The notes beneath the pieces are model-generated. The model searched no databases, was not told the origin of the DNA, and saw nothing but the letters and a program-made list of their open reading frames with translations. Made by a program: the position numbers and the translations under genes. Positions 13,073 through 28,496 of a stretch of DNA of 64,000 bases are shown here, one piece after another; positions within the stretch are counted from its first letter, which is position 1, and each line of letters starts with the position of its first letter. The DNA is from Octopus sinensis (Eukaryota). Where the stretch lies: the NCBI RefSeq assembly GCF_006345805.1, contig NC_042998.1:61070001-61134000 (forward strand), in the 5' to 3' direction.

Positions 13073-13537
13073 CCGGAATTTAAACCTGACGAGTAGCCTG
13101 CGGTATACGCCTCGTTTGGATATTTACACTTACGTGGTTATCTATTCCATTCCTTAATCCTTGTATTCTTATTCGCATACCCGGCAACACTGGTCGCCTA
13201 CCGTGAAATATAAAATGAAATTTTTTTAGTTTATCGTACTTCTATACGAAAAAATCCACAACCTTCCGTCTCCATGAACCACTATTGTACTTGGAAGTTG
13301 ATTTTTTTGTTATTTACTATAGATTGCTTGACGCTAACAAGTTGCTCACTAACAATTAAAAACAAAAAAGGAAGTAATAAATAAAGGGAGCAAAATATTA
13401 CACGCGGCTGCTAAAAGTAAGAGTAAAAATTAACTCTGAAAGCCGCAAAAAGCACTAACCTCATTAAATTTACTGGAAGCGGGCACAGCAAGCTAAGAAT
13501 ATCTTTCCTTGTGAGATAAACTCACAAAAAGAAACAG

Positions 13538-13587
<50 letters not shown>

Positions 13588-13592
<5 letters not shown>

Positions 13593-13726
13593 TGGTAGTG
13601 TCGTAAAAAGCTTGCTATCCAACTACATAATTTCGGATTCAGCACCAGTGCGTGGCACCTTAGGCAAGTGTCTTCTAATATACCCTCGGGCCAACCAAGG
13701 CCTTGTGGGTGGATTTGAAGCCCGTC

Positions 13727-13730
<4 letters not shown>
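13588..13730 (+). mobile_element. CORE-type SINE, 5' half, between (TA)n tracts
   Basis: GTGGCACCTTAGGCAAGTGTCTTCTA..CTCGGGCCAACCAAGGCCTTGTG; same family as 55733-56115. Confidence 0.7.
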
Positions 13731-13783
<53 letters not shown>

Positions 13784-13869
13784 TTTGACTCAAAGTATAG
13801 AACCCTATCAGTAAATGTTTCTTTGTTATTCTATACCACCCTTTTAAATAATATCCTTGCTTCTACATT

Positions 13870-13955
<86 letters not shown>

Positions 13956-15029
13956 CGTATGTTAATGTTTGTTTCTATGTTGTTATGATAAAAAGAATTT
14001 TACATTTATCTGATGCCTTGCTGTATACTTTTGTAGAGTACAGATTTATTCTTCTTAAACGAGAATATTACTGAAAGTGACTTCGAAGCCATCGAGGTTA
14101 AACTTGACTCTATATGGTCTCTTTTTTGTTAAAATCTTCCTTGTGTCTGTGGGATTGAGGGAAGTGGCAATTAGGTTTTAGGGTGGATTGTTATGGAGAG
14201 GTGTTTTGAAGAAATATTTATTGATGAAATTTGGGGTTATGTTATTGTTTAGAATTTATTCATCTATGTAGGACTTTGTACGCCGATGTACTTAGTTAGG
14301 TGTGTCCCTTTTGTTAGTTATTGGATGTGTCACTAGCTTTAGTTATTTTTGGTTTTATTAGATTTAATCCTATGCCTTCACAGTGTAAATGTCAAAGGTA
14401 CAAAGTCCAGTATTTCGAAACTTAGTAGTTGGGTGTCAACTTTTTTGTAGTGGAATTATTTAGGGGTTCACAAAAGAATGTAAGGTGATATGTTTTAGCT
14501 GGTCAGTTTCTTTACTTGTTGTTGCCTGACTAATAACCCTCACCCACCAAATATAAACTGGAAATACCCTAAATAACAAGTAAAGAAATTGTGAGAGAGA
14601 GAGAGTGAGAGAGAGGGGGAGAGAGTGAGAGAGAGGGGGAGAGAGTGAGAGGGGGGAGAGAGATAGAGAGAGAGAGAAAACGAGAGAAAGGGAAAAAACT
14701 ATTTCCTGCATATCCGATGAAGAGATATGCCCGAAACATCATCCTTTTACTCTTAACTTTTATTTTGTAACATTTCTCTTCATGCGCCAAACTAGTAACA
14801 TTCACGTCCCAGTTTTGGAATTCGCCTTATGCTTTTGATTTGCCTCTCTCTCACTCTCTCTCGTTTTCTCTCTTTCTCTCTCAGTTTCTTTGTCATTTTA
14901 GGGTATCAGATCCATGCAGATACACCCACACACACATACATACATACATACATACATACATACATACATACATACATACATACATACATACATACATACA
15001 TACATACATACATACATACATACATACAT

Positions 15030-15062
<33 letters not shown>

Positions 15063-17526
15063 TACACACACACACACACACATATAACCCAACACGTTCA
15101 ACACTGATTTTTGTAGTAATTCTTGTTGTTTAGGGCAGATCAAGTCTGATGCATCTGGTTTATTTTCAGGATATATGTTATCCAATATAGTCTGTGATAG
15201 AACGATACGTTGGATAATGAGTATAAAGTATTGATGTGAGAAAAATTTGGCTACAATTTCTAGCCTATCGTATGCCCACGTTGTCACTGCTTCGCTGGTG
15301 TTTTTTCATTCTGGTAGTTTATATAAAGGGGAAAACAACATGAAGTATCATACTTCTTTACTCTCTCTACCACTAATACTACAATCACTATTTAAGACAG
15401 TCAGGCAAACTGTGACCAGCAGGATTTTCTGAATGACACGCATAACGAAAGATTGCCTTGAGGTTTTAGCTGTGCTGCCCGTCTGATCATGAGCCTGGTC
15501 TTAAGCGGTCCGCTTCTCGATAAAGGTTGTTTGTTCCTAATATATGATGAACCAACAAAGGAGTCTCCACGTGATCGCTCTTTTTGTAAGAAATAGAAAC
15601 CAAATTTGCTCAAACCATACATCCTACTTTGTTTGAAAAGTAAAAGTCACATTAGATAATGTATTTCTAGATAGTATATTATCCAATGTGTTTTTATAGG
15701 TCTCGAGGAAAGAGTGGATTTAAACAGCAAAACTATTTATAACACTTTAAGAGAAATAAGCTATATTGAAACAACTGCGAAATAAAGAAAATAACTAATA
15801 AAGACTGAAATTTAGTTTTGGCGGGTGAGCGACTGAAGTGTTAGGAACATGGATATGATGTGCTTGATGGTTATGAATATATATTAGATGAATAATCTAT
15901 GGTAGCAATAGAAAAAAATGAGTAGTAAATTTTCTTGAAGACGATCATCAAAGCTGAACTATTATCGTACCAATTACCGTATGCCTGGGCCAAGAACAAA
16001 CATCACTAACACAATAGCTACAATTTGTTAAACTCCACTGCTTCACACATTCAGCCAAAAGCACGCACGGAATAGTTACTGGTCAAGCAAGTTGACCAAA
16101 CGTTTTCATTGGTCTAATTTCTTTAGACTGGCTTTAATGATGTCGTTTAAAGTTACCCAAGATATATTTCCTTTGACATTTACACGATTCACCATTTACA
16201 TTCTTCAAGAAAGAGGTAGTTTATGCAATAAAATGATTTTTACATTTAGAATTCCAATCATATTATACATATCTGACATAGTTCTTATATCGTATTTATG
16301 ATATTGCATTACTTTTAATACAGCCATTAAACTCTCAGGCAGTATCTCTCAAGATAAGCATATTTGTGCAATCATTTCCCCACTGATATATATTGGTATC
16401 TTTTAAGTATACATTTTATAGCTATTTTAGTCATACTTGATGCAAGGTGAAGTTGTAGCCTCTTTTAAATGCTCAGAATATGTAGGAAGCTTGACCCAGG
16501 AATGCATAAATTGCAAAACGAAAATAACTACATACGACCGGCGAACAAATACATAAGACAAAATTCTCATTCTAACCTCCGTAGTTCCCAGACTCAGTTC
16601 ATAGTATATCTCTAACTCACTTCACTTTTCTTCTCTTCTCTCGACAAATTTTTCTTCTTGCTATACAGATGCTTTCTTTTTCCTTCCACCACCAAGTTGT
16701 ACTTTATATATGAACTCATAGGCATGCAAGCATGCATATATATATATATATGTGTGTGTGTGTATGTGGGGTGTGTATGTATGTATGCATGTATATGTGT
16801 GTATGTATATGTGTGTTTGTATGTATGAATATAAATAGACAGACAGACAGACAAACAGACAGACAGGTTGATTGATAGATATATATATATATATATAGAT
16901 AGATAGATAGATAGATAGAGAGAGAGATATGAGTACGTTCCTGCAAACATACAGTACATACATTTATTTAATTATTTCGCAGAAAAAGAAGTGGTCATCA
17001 TACGCTTGTAATATATGTGTGGGTGTTTATATACAGTATGTGTATGTATATATGTATATATATATATATATATATACACGCATACACACACATACATATA
17101 TAACTATACATTCATACATGAAGGCAGAAATATATGTATGTAAGTTTATACTTGTATATACGAGTACCTGTCTGTATATGGTTTCTTTTGCAGTATTAAT
17201 TACGAAACAACCGCCATCTGGTTGTACATATTTATTCATTTTTTTTCATGATATACAATTAGCATCCAGTCTGACATGAGACCAAATTAATTCATTTGTC
17301 CCATAGTTTTCTTTTAGTGAAGTATATAAAGGAAAGACGTTGATAACTATGTCTATTCAGAGACTACAAAACTAGCAATCAGTCCTTCAATTGTCACCGC
17401 CAACTCCTTCTACCAGTCTGTCTGTCCGTCTATCTGTTTGTTTCTCCCTATTACCATCTCTCTCTCTCTCTCCTTCTCTCTTTCTCTCTGTCTCTTACTT
17501 TCTCTCCCTCCTTCTCTCTCTCTCTC

Positions 17527-17578
<52 letters not shown>

Positions 17579-17814
17579 CGCGCGCGCGCACTTTCCCTTC
17601 TACAGCTGTTTTCTATGAGAATGATGACAGAGCAAAAAAATTTGGTATTTATAATGAAGCCGACCAGTAACACTACTTGGTCGCAATTAGTTCCTTACCA
17701 TTAGTCTTTTTAAGATATCACAATGTGCCAACTTCCTCTATTATTACGTATAAATACCGTGTAATTGTAATCCATACGAGAGGTGTCATCCATGCCCCTA
17801 TTCATATCCCTCTT

Positions 17815-17856
<42 letters not shown>

Positions 17857-18000
17857 CCACTCACTCACTTTTTGCAATAACACACAAATTCACGGAAACA
17901 TGATTACACATAGATACATATTTATATACTATTCCCATGAAATTGCATCATAAGATATATATTCATACCTATATACATATATGTATATATATATATATAT

Positions 18001-18381
18001 AGAAAATAGTAAAAAGTGAAAAAACTACAGAAGGCTTGTTTTAAAAGGTTAAAGAATATATATTTAAGTCAATATGTCTGAAGAATATTATAAATTTGTT
18101 TCTTACAATGACATGATTTAGAAGAAAGACCGGTTTCGCGTTTAGTTTTTCAAATTTCTTACGTCGTTATGTTTATGTTGAGAAGAGCTATCGTTATGTT
18201 TATGTTGAAAAGAGTTCTAAATAAGGGGAGGTAATAAGTGATTTCTTCCGGTGTTTCTTCTAAACTATGTCATTGTAAGAAAAAAATTTATAATATTCTT
18301 CAGACATATTGACTTAAATATATATTCTTTAGCCTTTTAAAACAAGCCTTCTGTAGTTTTTTTTACTTTTTACTATTTTCT
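18001..18381. mobile_element. MITE with ~133-bp terminal inverted repeats in TA context
   Basis: 18001-18133 is the near-perfect reverse complement of 18248-18381. Spacer has a short tandem duplication CGTTATGTTTATGTTGA. Confidence 0.85.
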
Positions 18382-18420
18382 ATATATTCAACCACGTGCT
18401 TTCACAAACCAACTTTCTTA

Positions 18421-18483
<63 letters not shown>

Positions 18484-18492
18484 TATATATAT

Positions 18493-18567
<75 letters not shown>

Positions 18568-18594
18568 TGTATGTATATGTATGAGTACATATGT

Positions 18595-18629
<35 letters not shown>

Positions 18630-18719
18630 TTATAGAAGGACCTTATTTATTGAGTACCTTATTTACTGTGGTTAACCCCGACTCAACCCGGGACCTACAT
18701 ATATATATATATATATATA

Positions 18720-19581
18720 CGTGATCTGATCAATAAGTGTCCGGACTGCTAAAGTATGCAAAGCCGCTTGGTACTGATTGATCCTGAACTTTGCTGTGTA
18801 TGTGCACTAAGTTTTAACGTTCTTTCTCACTTCCGCTGTTTACAGCAGTGCTTGGAAGGAAGGTGTGTAGCGAGTGATCGTCGCATTGACCATGACAGAG
18901 AAAGTTGAGAAGAGAATTTGCATCAAATTTTGCCAAAAGATTGGTGATACCTGTTCAGAGGTCTACGCAAGGTTTTCAAAACGTTTTCATCGTTCTCGAC
19001 ACAATCAAGGAGATATTGTGCAACTGAAACCTGAGTGTCTTTTTGGTCAGTTGAACGCGGTTATGTCAGAAACTTGGCAGACACGCGTCTTATACCCAAA
19101 TCTTCAGTTATAACTGAACTGAACGGTACATAATCTGCACAGATAACATCACAGATGGTGACAACTCTGATAACTCATGGATAGGGAGTTGGTTGATTTC
19201 CCCTTACAGCTGCACGCACACCTGCTATGGTTTTCTAAGTTCGGCTGGTTGCAGGTCTCCTAGATCCTTCGTCAATATCCACATTTTTCCAGCTATCTTG
19301 GAAACACCAGAACTACTCGTACACTTGTATGCGACTCATACACTCTTCTCCATACACTTTTTGCAACTTTGCGTAGGTCTCTGTCGTGGTCAATGCGATG
19401 ATCATACGCTATACACGTTCCTTCCAAGAACTGCTATAAACAGCGGAAGTGAGCTAGAATGTTAAAACTTAGTACGCATGCACAGCAAAGTTCAAGGTCA
19501 ATTTTTGTTAAGCGGTTTTACTCTGCACGCTTTAGCTTCGTTACTATGGCAACAACCCAGATACTTATTGATCAGACCTCG
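18720..19581. mobile_element. Rearranged mariner derivative made of two inward-facing 5' ends
   Basis: TIRs CGTGATCTGATCAATAAGT and ACTTATTGATCAGACCTCG, flanked by TA. Plus strand gives KRICIKFCQKIGDTCSEVY; minus strand gives ETYAKLQKVYGEECMSRIQVYE and a VSAKF-like segment. Confidence 0.8.
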
Positions 19582-19683
19582 TACATAGGTATACAAGTAT
19601 ATACATGTATGTGCGTGTATATATATATATATATATATGCATATATATATATATGCATGTTATTATTATTATTATTATTATTA

Positions 19684-19715
<32 letters not shown>

Positions 19716-19722
19716 TATTTAA

Positions 19723-19878
19723 GGCAGTGAACTGGCAGAATCGTTAACACGCCGGGTGAGGTCAACTTCACCTTACATCCTTTCGGAGTCGATAAATTGG
19801 GTACCACTTACGCACTGGGGTCGCTGTAACCGACTTATCTCCTCCCAAAATTTCAGGCCTTGTGCCTATAGTAGAAAG
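19723..19878 (+). mobile_element. Internally deleted tRNA-SINE (same family as 12614-13072)
   Basis: Head GGCAGTGAACTGGCAGAATCGTTAACACGCCGGG joined to GGTCAACTTCACCTTACATCCTTTCGGAGTCG. Confidence 0.7.
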
Positions 19879-19982
19879 GATTATTATCATTATTTTATTG
19901 TCTTTGCACAGCTTCTAACTCTGGAGATGTACCACAGTATCAGCTGTTCAGTACCAGTGAACTTATTATTATTATTATTATT

Positions 19983-21856
<1,874 letters not shown>

Positions 21857-23819
21857 CATCATCATCATCATCATAATCAACATCACCATTATTATTTGTA
21901 AGTGATATTAAGAGAGAAGTGAAGAATATTTAATCCGCATGCGGAGAAACCAATATAACCATAATGTAAAATTTCGCTACATCTCTGTGAAACAGTGAAT
22001 AAGATTCCAATAATTATGAGGATAAATTCTATGGTTGATATCATTAATGAATGTCTATTTCGTTAAAAACTCAAAATAATGGAAACGAAACACGGAATAC
22101 ATCACACTGTGGCTTTAGTATTTGGTGGGAATCTTAAGTACATATCGACTAAAAATGGTGGTAGATATAATGGATACATGAGCTGAACGAATGATAGCCT
22201 GAAAAAGACAATTTGTGTATAATAACGCACAAATTTCGTTCGCAAATATAGCGCTGAAACAGGTAAAACGCATTTCTATGGGTGATAATTCTAGTCCTTT
22301 ATTCGCTGACTTACATTTATCGTCATGCGGGTTTAGTTTTCTTAATGGCTAATGTAAACAAACAAAAACTGGTCTTGCTATGTAACTGAATGGATTTTGT
22401 AGTTATATAAGGAATATATTTGTTTCAAATCACGTTGCTGTTTTATTTGTTTTGTTTTGTTTTTTTAATATTTACTTTCTAAAATTTATTCCAGTGATTT
22501 GGAAACGAACAGAAGTGACTCTGATGTTTAAAATGTCGATTAATTAGATTTTTAAGTCTTTCAATAGAGAATAGCAATAAATATATAATAACTAATGTTT
22601 ATAATAACTAATGTTTATAATAAAACTAAGTCTCTTAATTTTGAAGTGCCGTTGGTGGGGGTGCTTTCTAAGGCATCTAGATAGACTCCAGATAGTTTGG
22701 TTCACAATATTTTCTGGTCAGTTAATAATATGCAGTAGAACAGTTAATCGTTTTGATCTCTTAATAGCTGAAGTAAATCATTTGTTGCAGCGAATAATTA
22801 GCTAATGATACTGTAATAAATTGTTAATTAAACACTTCAGTCGTAACCCAATGGTATTTTTTAAAATATGTTATATCAAGCTTGAGATGTGAATTTAAGC
22901 TTGAGAATACTGGCCAATAAATGGAATTGGTATGCTATATAAAATATAGATATAGGGAAGAGATACAGTTATCTAAAATTTTAACAATATCATTTAATAT
23001 ATTTCACTACATTTTAAGATACATCGCGGAATTATTGGGGCGAATTGCCAGGGTTCTGTTTGCCTTACTGTTTATTCTCCACACAATTAATTTGATATGT
23101 TGTTCATGTCATCGTAGGCGTGTCTCTTTCATCCTTCCAATACATTTTCTTTCACTCTCTCAGATTGATATTCGCTCTTTCCTTCATGCGGTCACCACTT
23201 CAGCCTATAGGCTGAGTAGTTACCCTGTTCTTTCGTCACTTTCCTTGCTGCTTCTATCTTTCTTTCCATTTGACCTTAATCACCATACTAAATGGGTGAC
23301 GTACCTCTCGTGCTGTGGAATATTTTATCAGCTGTATATTTTATATCATTTTTTAAAAAATACTTTACTTTATATGCTTTATTATTTTTGTTCGACACAC
23401 TTTTCAGTTTTTTTTTTTTTTCGTTTAGCCCTACGTACGAGAACTGTCTGGATTTTCCCAAGCCGCATCAAAATGCTTGTTTCTTGGTTGAGGTATTGTT
23501 AACATAGTTGAATGGAATTGTACTGTCTTTCGTATGGAAACCCTGAATTATATCCGATCAGACAGCTGAAAATGGAATATTTCATGTTTAGATAATGTTG
23601 TTGTCGTCCTTTCAATGTTGAGTTTCATAGCTTTCGCTCTTATATTCCAACAGACAGATAGACAGACAGATAGATAGATCGATTCGACGGTCATTATTTA
23701 TGTATAACTTATTCTGTTTATGTCCTAGCCACACAGAGGTAATGTAAGGAGTGTTGGGGCCGTTATGTGAAGCCTGTTTTTTTTTACCCCCATCACAACG
23801 GATTAAGAGACACAGCGGT

Positions 23820-24000
23820 AGTAGAGAAATCGACCCATCACTGGACTAGTACTTTATTTATAGACGCCCCCGCACAAATGAATGAAAGGCAAAGTTTTGA
23901 CGATATTTGAACTCGGAGCAGTTGAGAGCCAGAACAAATAGAGCATTTCTTTTTTTTTAATCTAGCTCTCTGACTATTGTGCTGTTTTGCCGTCTTAATG
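23820..24000 (-). mobile_element. Degraded tRNA-SINE remnant
   Basis: TGAAAGGCAAAG..ATTTGAACTC segment matches the 12614 family in reverse. Confidence 0.5.
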
Positions 24001-24681
24001 AATGTACTGATACATAAATGTATGGAAATATTTATTTTGTATATGTATGTGATATCTTCTTGCATATACAATGTTTATATTAGTTATTAACTTGTCAGTT
24101 TCAGACAGCTGACACTGCTCACTTGTAATGACTTCTTCCTATACTAACTTTAAAAACTTTTTACCTGATGAAATAAGTTTAATTGCATATCAAAAGAAAA
24201 TTTGGAATATAAATTAACGAATATTAAAGCGACGACTGTGGTACAATCAAGAGCAAAGAAGTAACATTATTAAATCTATCATAATCATCAGCATTTCTAG
24301 ACTTTCACCGTATCAGCAGCAAATAACTAAAGACGTATAAATGTGACGATTCAGTTTCAGATTCCGACCAAAGCATTTAAATATCTAAACAAAATTCTGG
24401 TGTTTACTGTAAACAGATGTTATACAAGGTTACATAACGTCTATTGTAAATAATTTTGGAAACAAGACCGCGTTCCACGAGAAGGTGGTATCTCGCAGGC
24501 AGTTTTGGACAGTCGACGTGACATCGTGAGTGGTATCGTAATACTGGATTTTAAGAGGTGCATATCACGTGATATTGAATTACACTTTGAGTGTTCCGTT
24601 CCGTTACTCGACTTTGAACTATTGCCAGAACGAAGTATAGTAAAATAACTGAGCCCCAGGAAACTATTTGAGGTCTGCATC

Positions 24682-24728
<47 letters not shown>

Positions 24729-26574
24729 TAGTAGTAGTAGTAGCAGCAGCAGCAGTAGTAGTAGTAGTAGTAGTAGTAGTTGTTGTTGTTGTTGTTGTTG
24801 TTGTTGTCGCTGTTGTTGTTCTTGTTTTTGTTCTTGGTCCTGTTGTTCGTATTTATATTGTTCTTGTTTGATCCAGGTTAGCCCTATTTAAGCATATATA
24901 TTATCAACGGTACTCTAACCGTATCCATTCCATTTCATAGAAAGTGTGTCTAAGACTACACTGTTCTATGAATGTTATAGAAGAACGACAGGTCCGACAT
25001 AAAATTGTTTGATATTTCTGGTTGGTAAGCAACCGGGTAATGATTCCCTTATTCACCTTCTACACTCCTACGTATCATATTGTTTGATTTGGAGTTTTAA
25101 TTTATAATCTTATACCGTACATTTCTACTCAGACGAACGAGCCTACCGAAATACGCTAAATAATATTGATAAGAATTTAAATAAATTCTATCTTCCCCAC
25201 GTATCTCTGTTTACGACCTGAATAGTACTACAGATGACTGTAGAATACGCAACAACGTTACGACTTAACTTAATGTCCCTAAAATGTCTTACCCACAAGC
25301 TATTACGATTCCTTTCTCACAGAGCACAAGATCATTTCGTTTTCTGAAATTTGAAAAACAGTGTGATGGTGTTTAGATTCCAGCAGAATTTAATGAAAAT
25401 CCATTCATCCGTGATTATCTCCTCTTTATAAATATCCAGAGCTACACTGTTCACTGTTTCTCTACCTGTTCTAAGACGACAGAGCGATTTAACTTGGGGA
25501 GACTTGGTCGCTGCTTTCAAAGTGGAATCATCCAAACTGGCTCGTCTACAAAGAGTGTTCTTGTTGAGATGCTGTTCTAACCAAGCTCAGTTCTGATTTG
25601 ACAGATATCTAACCAAAGAGTTGTAGCAATGACTTCTCGTCCGTTTTGATATAACTAGAACGATACTCTCCAAGATGTAATAGCATTTTTTTCTCTCGAG
25701 GCGGCAGCGTATGATTTAGAGGGAAATTTAGCTGCTATTTCTAGGAAGTAAAACCACTACATGGAAATGCCTCATTTGTTTGATCAAGCAAAAATAGACA
25801 GAGATGATGCTAGTAAAGAAAGAGGCAGAATATAAAGAGTAGATGGAAACAGAACAATGTGAGGAAAGCACAAATGGGATGTACTACTATATAAGTAGTG
25901 TTTATATGTACGAAAAGCATGGAACTTCTAGAAACATTTAGAATACCACATTGTCCATAAATGACACCCATTCAATTTAACTAGAATAGAAAAGTACGAA
26001 AATGATCAAAGAAGTACAAATTGAATGTACTTTTTCCTCCCATCCCCTCTTCCATCTCTATAATAAAACTAAACATTTACTCCACCTCTTCCTTCTATTT
26101 CCCTTTCTCTTCCTATGTCTCAAATCACAGATAAAACATACATTTAAAATGTATCATGTTAATGAAAATGTAATTAGCTTACTAACAATTAGATCTTCAA
26201 AATCTAATGAAGAAGAACAATTAAGATTTTAAATATAAGCACAACGTGCATAACACATAAAAAGCAAAGACATACACGACATGCCTTGCTCTTAACGTAC
26301 ACTCACTAACACACAGACAAAAATACCTGTGTATGTGTGTGTATGAGCGCGCGTGTGTGTATAGAAAGAGAGAAGGTGACAAATACAGGTATCAAAAACC
26401 ATATATATTATACTGATGGTATGTTGTCAACTTAATGTGACAGTCCCATGAAAGGGAAGAATGCTACTGCTATTTAGCCCTAGGAAACACCGTTTACTGT
26501 TGGCCATGACACATTTTCTGTGCCCTTATGTTTTCAAAGGGGGAGATAAGCACCTCCACCCAGAAAAGCCATCA

Positions 26575-26617
26575 TCTAGAGACTAGTTTCAGAGCCATTG
26601 TTCATCATCAGTCTAGA
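26575..26617 (-). ncRNA. Minimal type I hammerhead ribozyme-like motif (imperfect stem II)
   Basis: Minus strand reads TCTAGA-CTGATGA-TGAACAATGGCTCT-GAAA-CTAGTC-TCTAGA: 6-bp stem I, canonical core, palindromic ACTAGT stem III, GUC triplet. Confidence 0.6.
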
Positions 26618-26888
26618 GTAGCATGGCTTGCTAGCTGTCGATGCCTATTCGCCTATATATGCATATATATACATACATAGATACAAAAAGTTTTACAGTG
26701 ACTTCGAAGTCACTCATAAAACCAACCAACAAGGAAATTACGAAACCACGGTGTTTTTTCTTGTAAAATTACATCTCAAATTCTATTTAATGCTCTGAGT
26801 GATTCTTCAATTAACGTTTGAATTTTTATATACAGAAAAAAGAAAGTTTGTGTGTGTGTTTTGCTATGTATGTGTATATATATGTATA

Positions 26889-26930
<42 letters not shown>

Positions 26931-28224
26931 TATATGCATGTTTGTTATATACATATATACGAATATATACGTATATATATATATACGTATACACAAACAC
27001 ACACACACATATATATATATGTATGTATATATACTGATATTACATGCATGCATACATAAATACAGACAGACGTACTTACTATATGCAAATATACATATAC
27101 ATGCATATTAACATACATAAATGAATACATACATACATACATACATACATACATACATACATACATACATACATACATACATACTTACATGCATACATAT
27201 CAGAACCATTGCACTCAATTCTATTTAACATACGTTTGTGATAATGGCTGAGGTGAGATTTCGTTGCCATCTATCAATGTAGAGATATTTTTACTGATTT
27301 ACAAGTTAATGTTGTAAATCATCTTTCCATTTATATTAATTGACAACTGCTGTGTAAAGCTACTATGTCGCTTACTGTAATTTTATTATTATTTTTTTTA
27401 TGGCCAGCCTGATAAAAAAAATTATCGACAGCTCGATACACCATACTGCTAGCTATTTCCAAGCTTCCGTCATGTTGTATTTCGTTCTTCAAAATGTTAC
27501 TTTTCCAAATAGGAAATTTCATTAGTAATTTTAAATATGATGATTTTGTTATTCTGTTGCTCTTATAATTATTTATGATTTCTTTTTTTTTTAGTGCTTC
27601 ACGTGGAATTGCTTTGGGTAATTCTTTTTTCTATGTTTCTTCTCTTGTTTTCTGTTTGTTTTACTAAACACTCTGATTTTGATAGTTTTCCCAATCAAAT
27701 GAATACTTGTTCCTTAAGCGAATTAAATTGATTTTAAACTAGATTTTAAATTCTAGACCTTCAAATTCGACAAATATTCGATTTGTTTTTGTTATCATCG
27801 CTGTTTTGTTTTTTGAGGTTTTTTTCTGCCTAAAAAGAAAATATATTGTTTTATGCAGTTTTCATTTAAATCACGACCATCTTAAGTAACTTATGTAAAG
27901 ATTAAAAACTTCAGAATTTTATTTAAATCACTCAATGGCAGTCACTCTTGCACTTGATAGGTTTCGTGTTGTTTAACATCTCCATTATTTTTATTTATTT
28001 ATTTATTTATTTATTCATTTATTTATTTATTTAGTTAGTTAGTTAGTTTGCTAGCTAGCTAACTATGTGCCATCTACGAATGGAAGATATGTAGTCTCAA
28101 ATAGGTACCATGTATCTTGGTGCCAATTCCTACTGTAAATATTTACTTGAGTATAAATTACACTATTTACATTATTTACATTATCTACATTTGACAGATA
28201 TTTGTCCTCATCTTGATTGTTGTT

Positions 28225-28270
28225 AACACAACATTTCGGCTGATATACCCTCCAGCCTCCATCAGGTGTC
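28225..28270 (-). ncRNA. Hammerhead-like motif in inverted pLTR (mutated copy)
   Basis: Minus strand: GACAC-CTGATGG-AGGCTG-GAGGGTATAT-CAGCC-GAAA-TGTT-GTGTT. Confidence 0.55.
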
Positions 28271-28410
28271 TTGGGGAAATTTCGATGTTATTATTATTAT
28301 TATTATTATTATCATCATCATCATCATCATCATTATTATTATTATTATATTATTATTATTATTATTATATTATTATTATTATTATTATTATTATATTATT
28401 ATTATTATTA

Positions 28411-28444
<34 letters not shown>

Positions 28445-28461
28445 TATTATTATTATTATTA

Positions 28462-28496
<35 letters not shown>

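Noticed and set aside
13084-13115. CTGACGA followed by a hairpin as a hammerhead
   Set aside because: No GAAA after the stem and no stem I/III pairing. The same applies to CTGACGA/CTGAAGA inside the 994-1547 element and CTGATGA near 24165.
14100-14560. Possible decayed GIY-YIG/PLE fragment on the minus strand (KYIG-like word)
   Set aside because: One short motif in heavily interrupted frames; not distinguishable from chance.
15390-15620. GC-richer unique segment with short protein-like frames
   Set aside because: Frames are short, with no recognisable motif or convincing splice pair.
22921-23502. 193-aa plus-strand ORF
   Set aside because: Composition reflects T-rich DNA. The opposite strand has faint RTE-like words (RLKW, EG..KR..P) near 23030-23200, too degraded to call.
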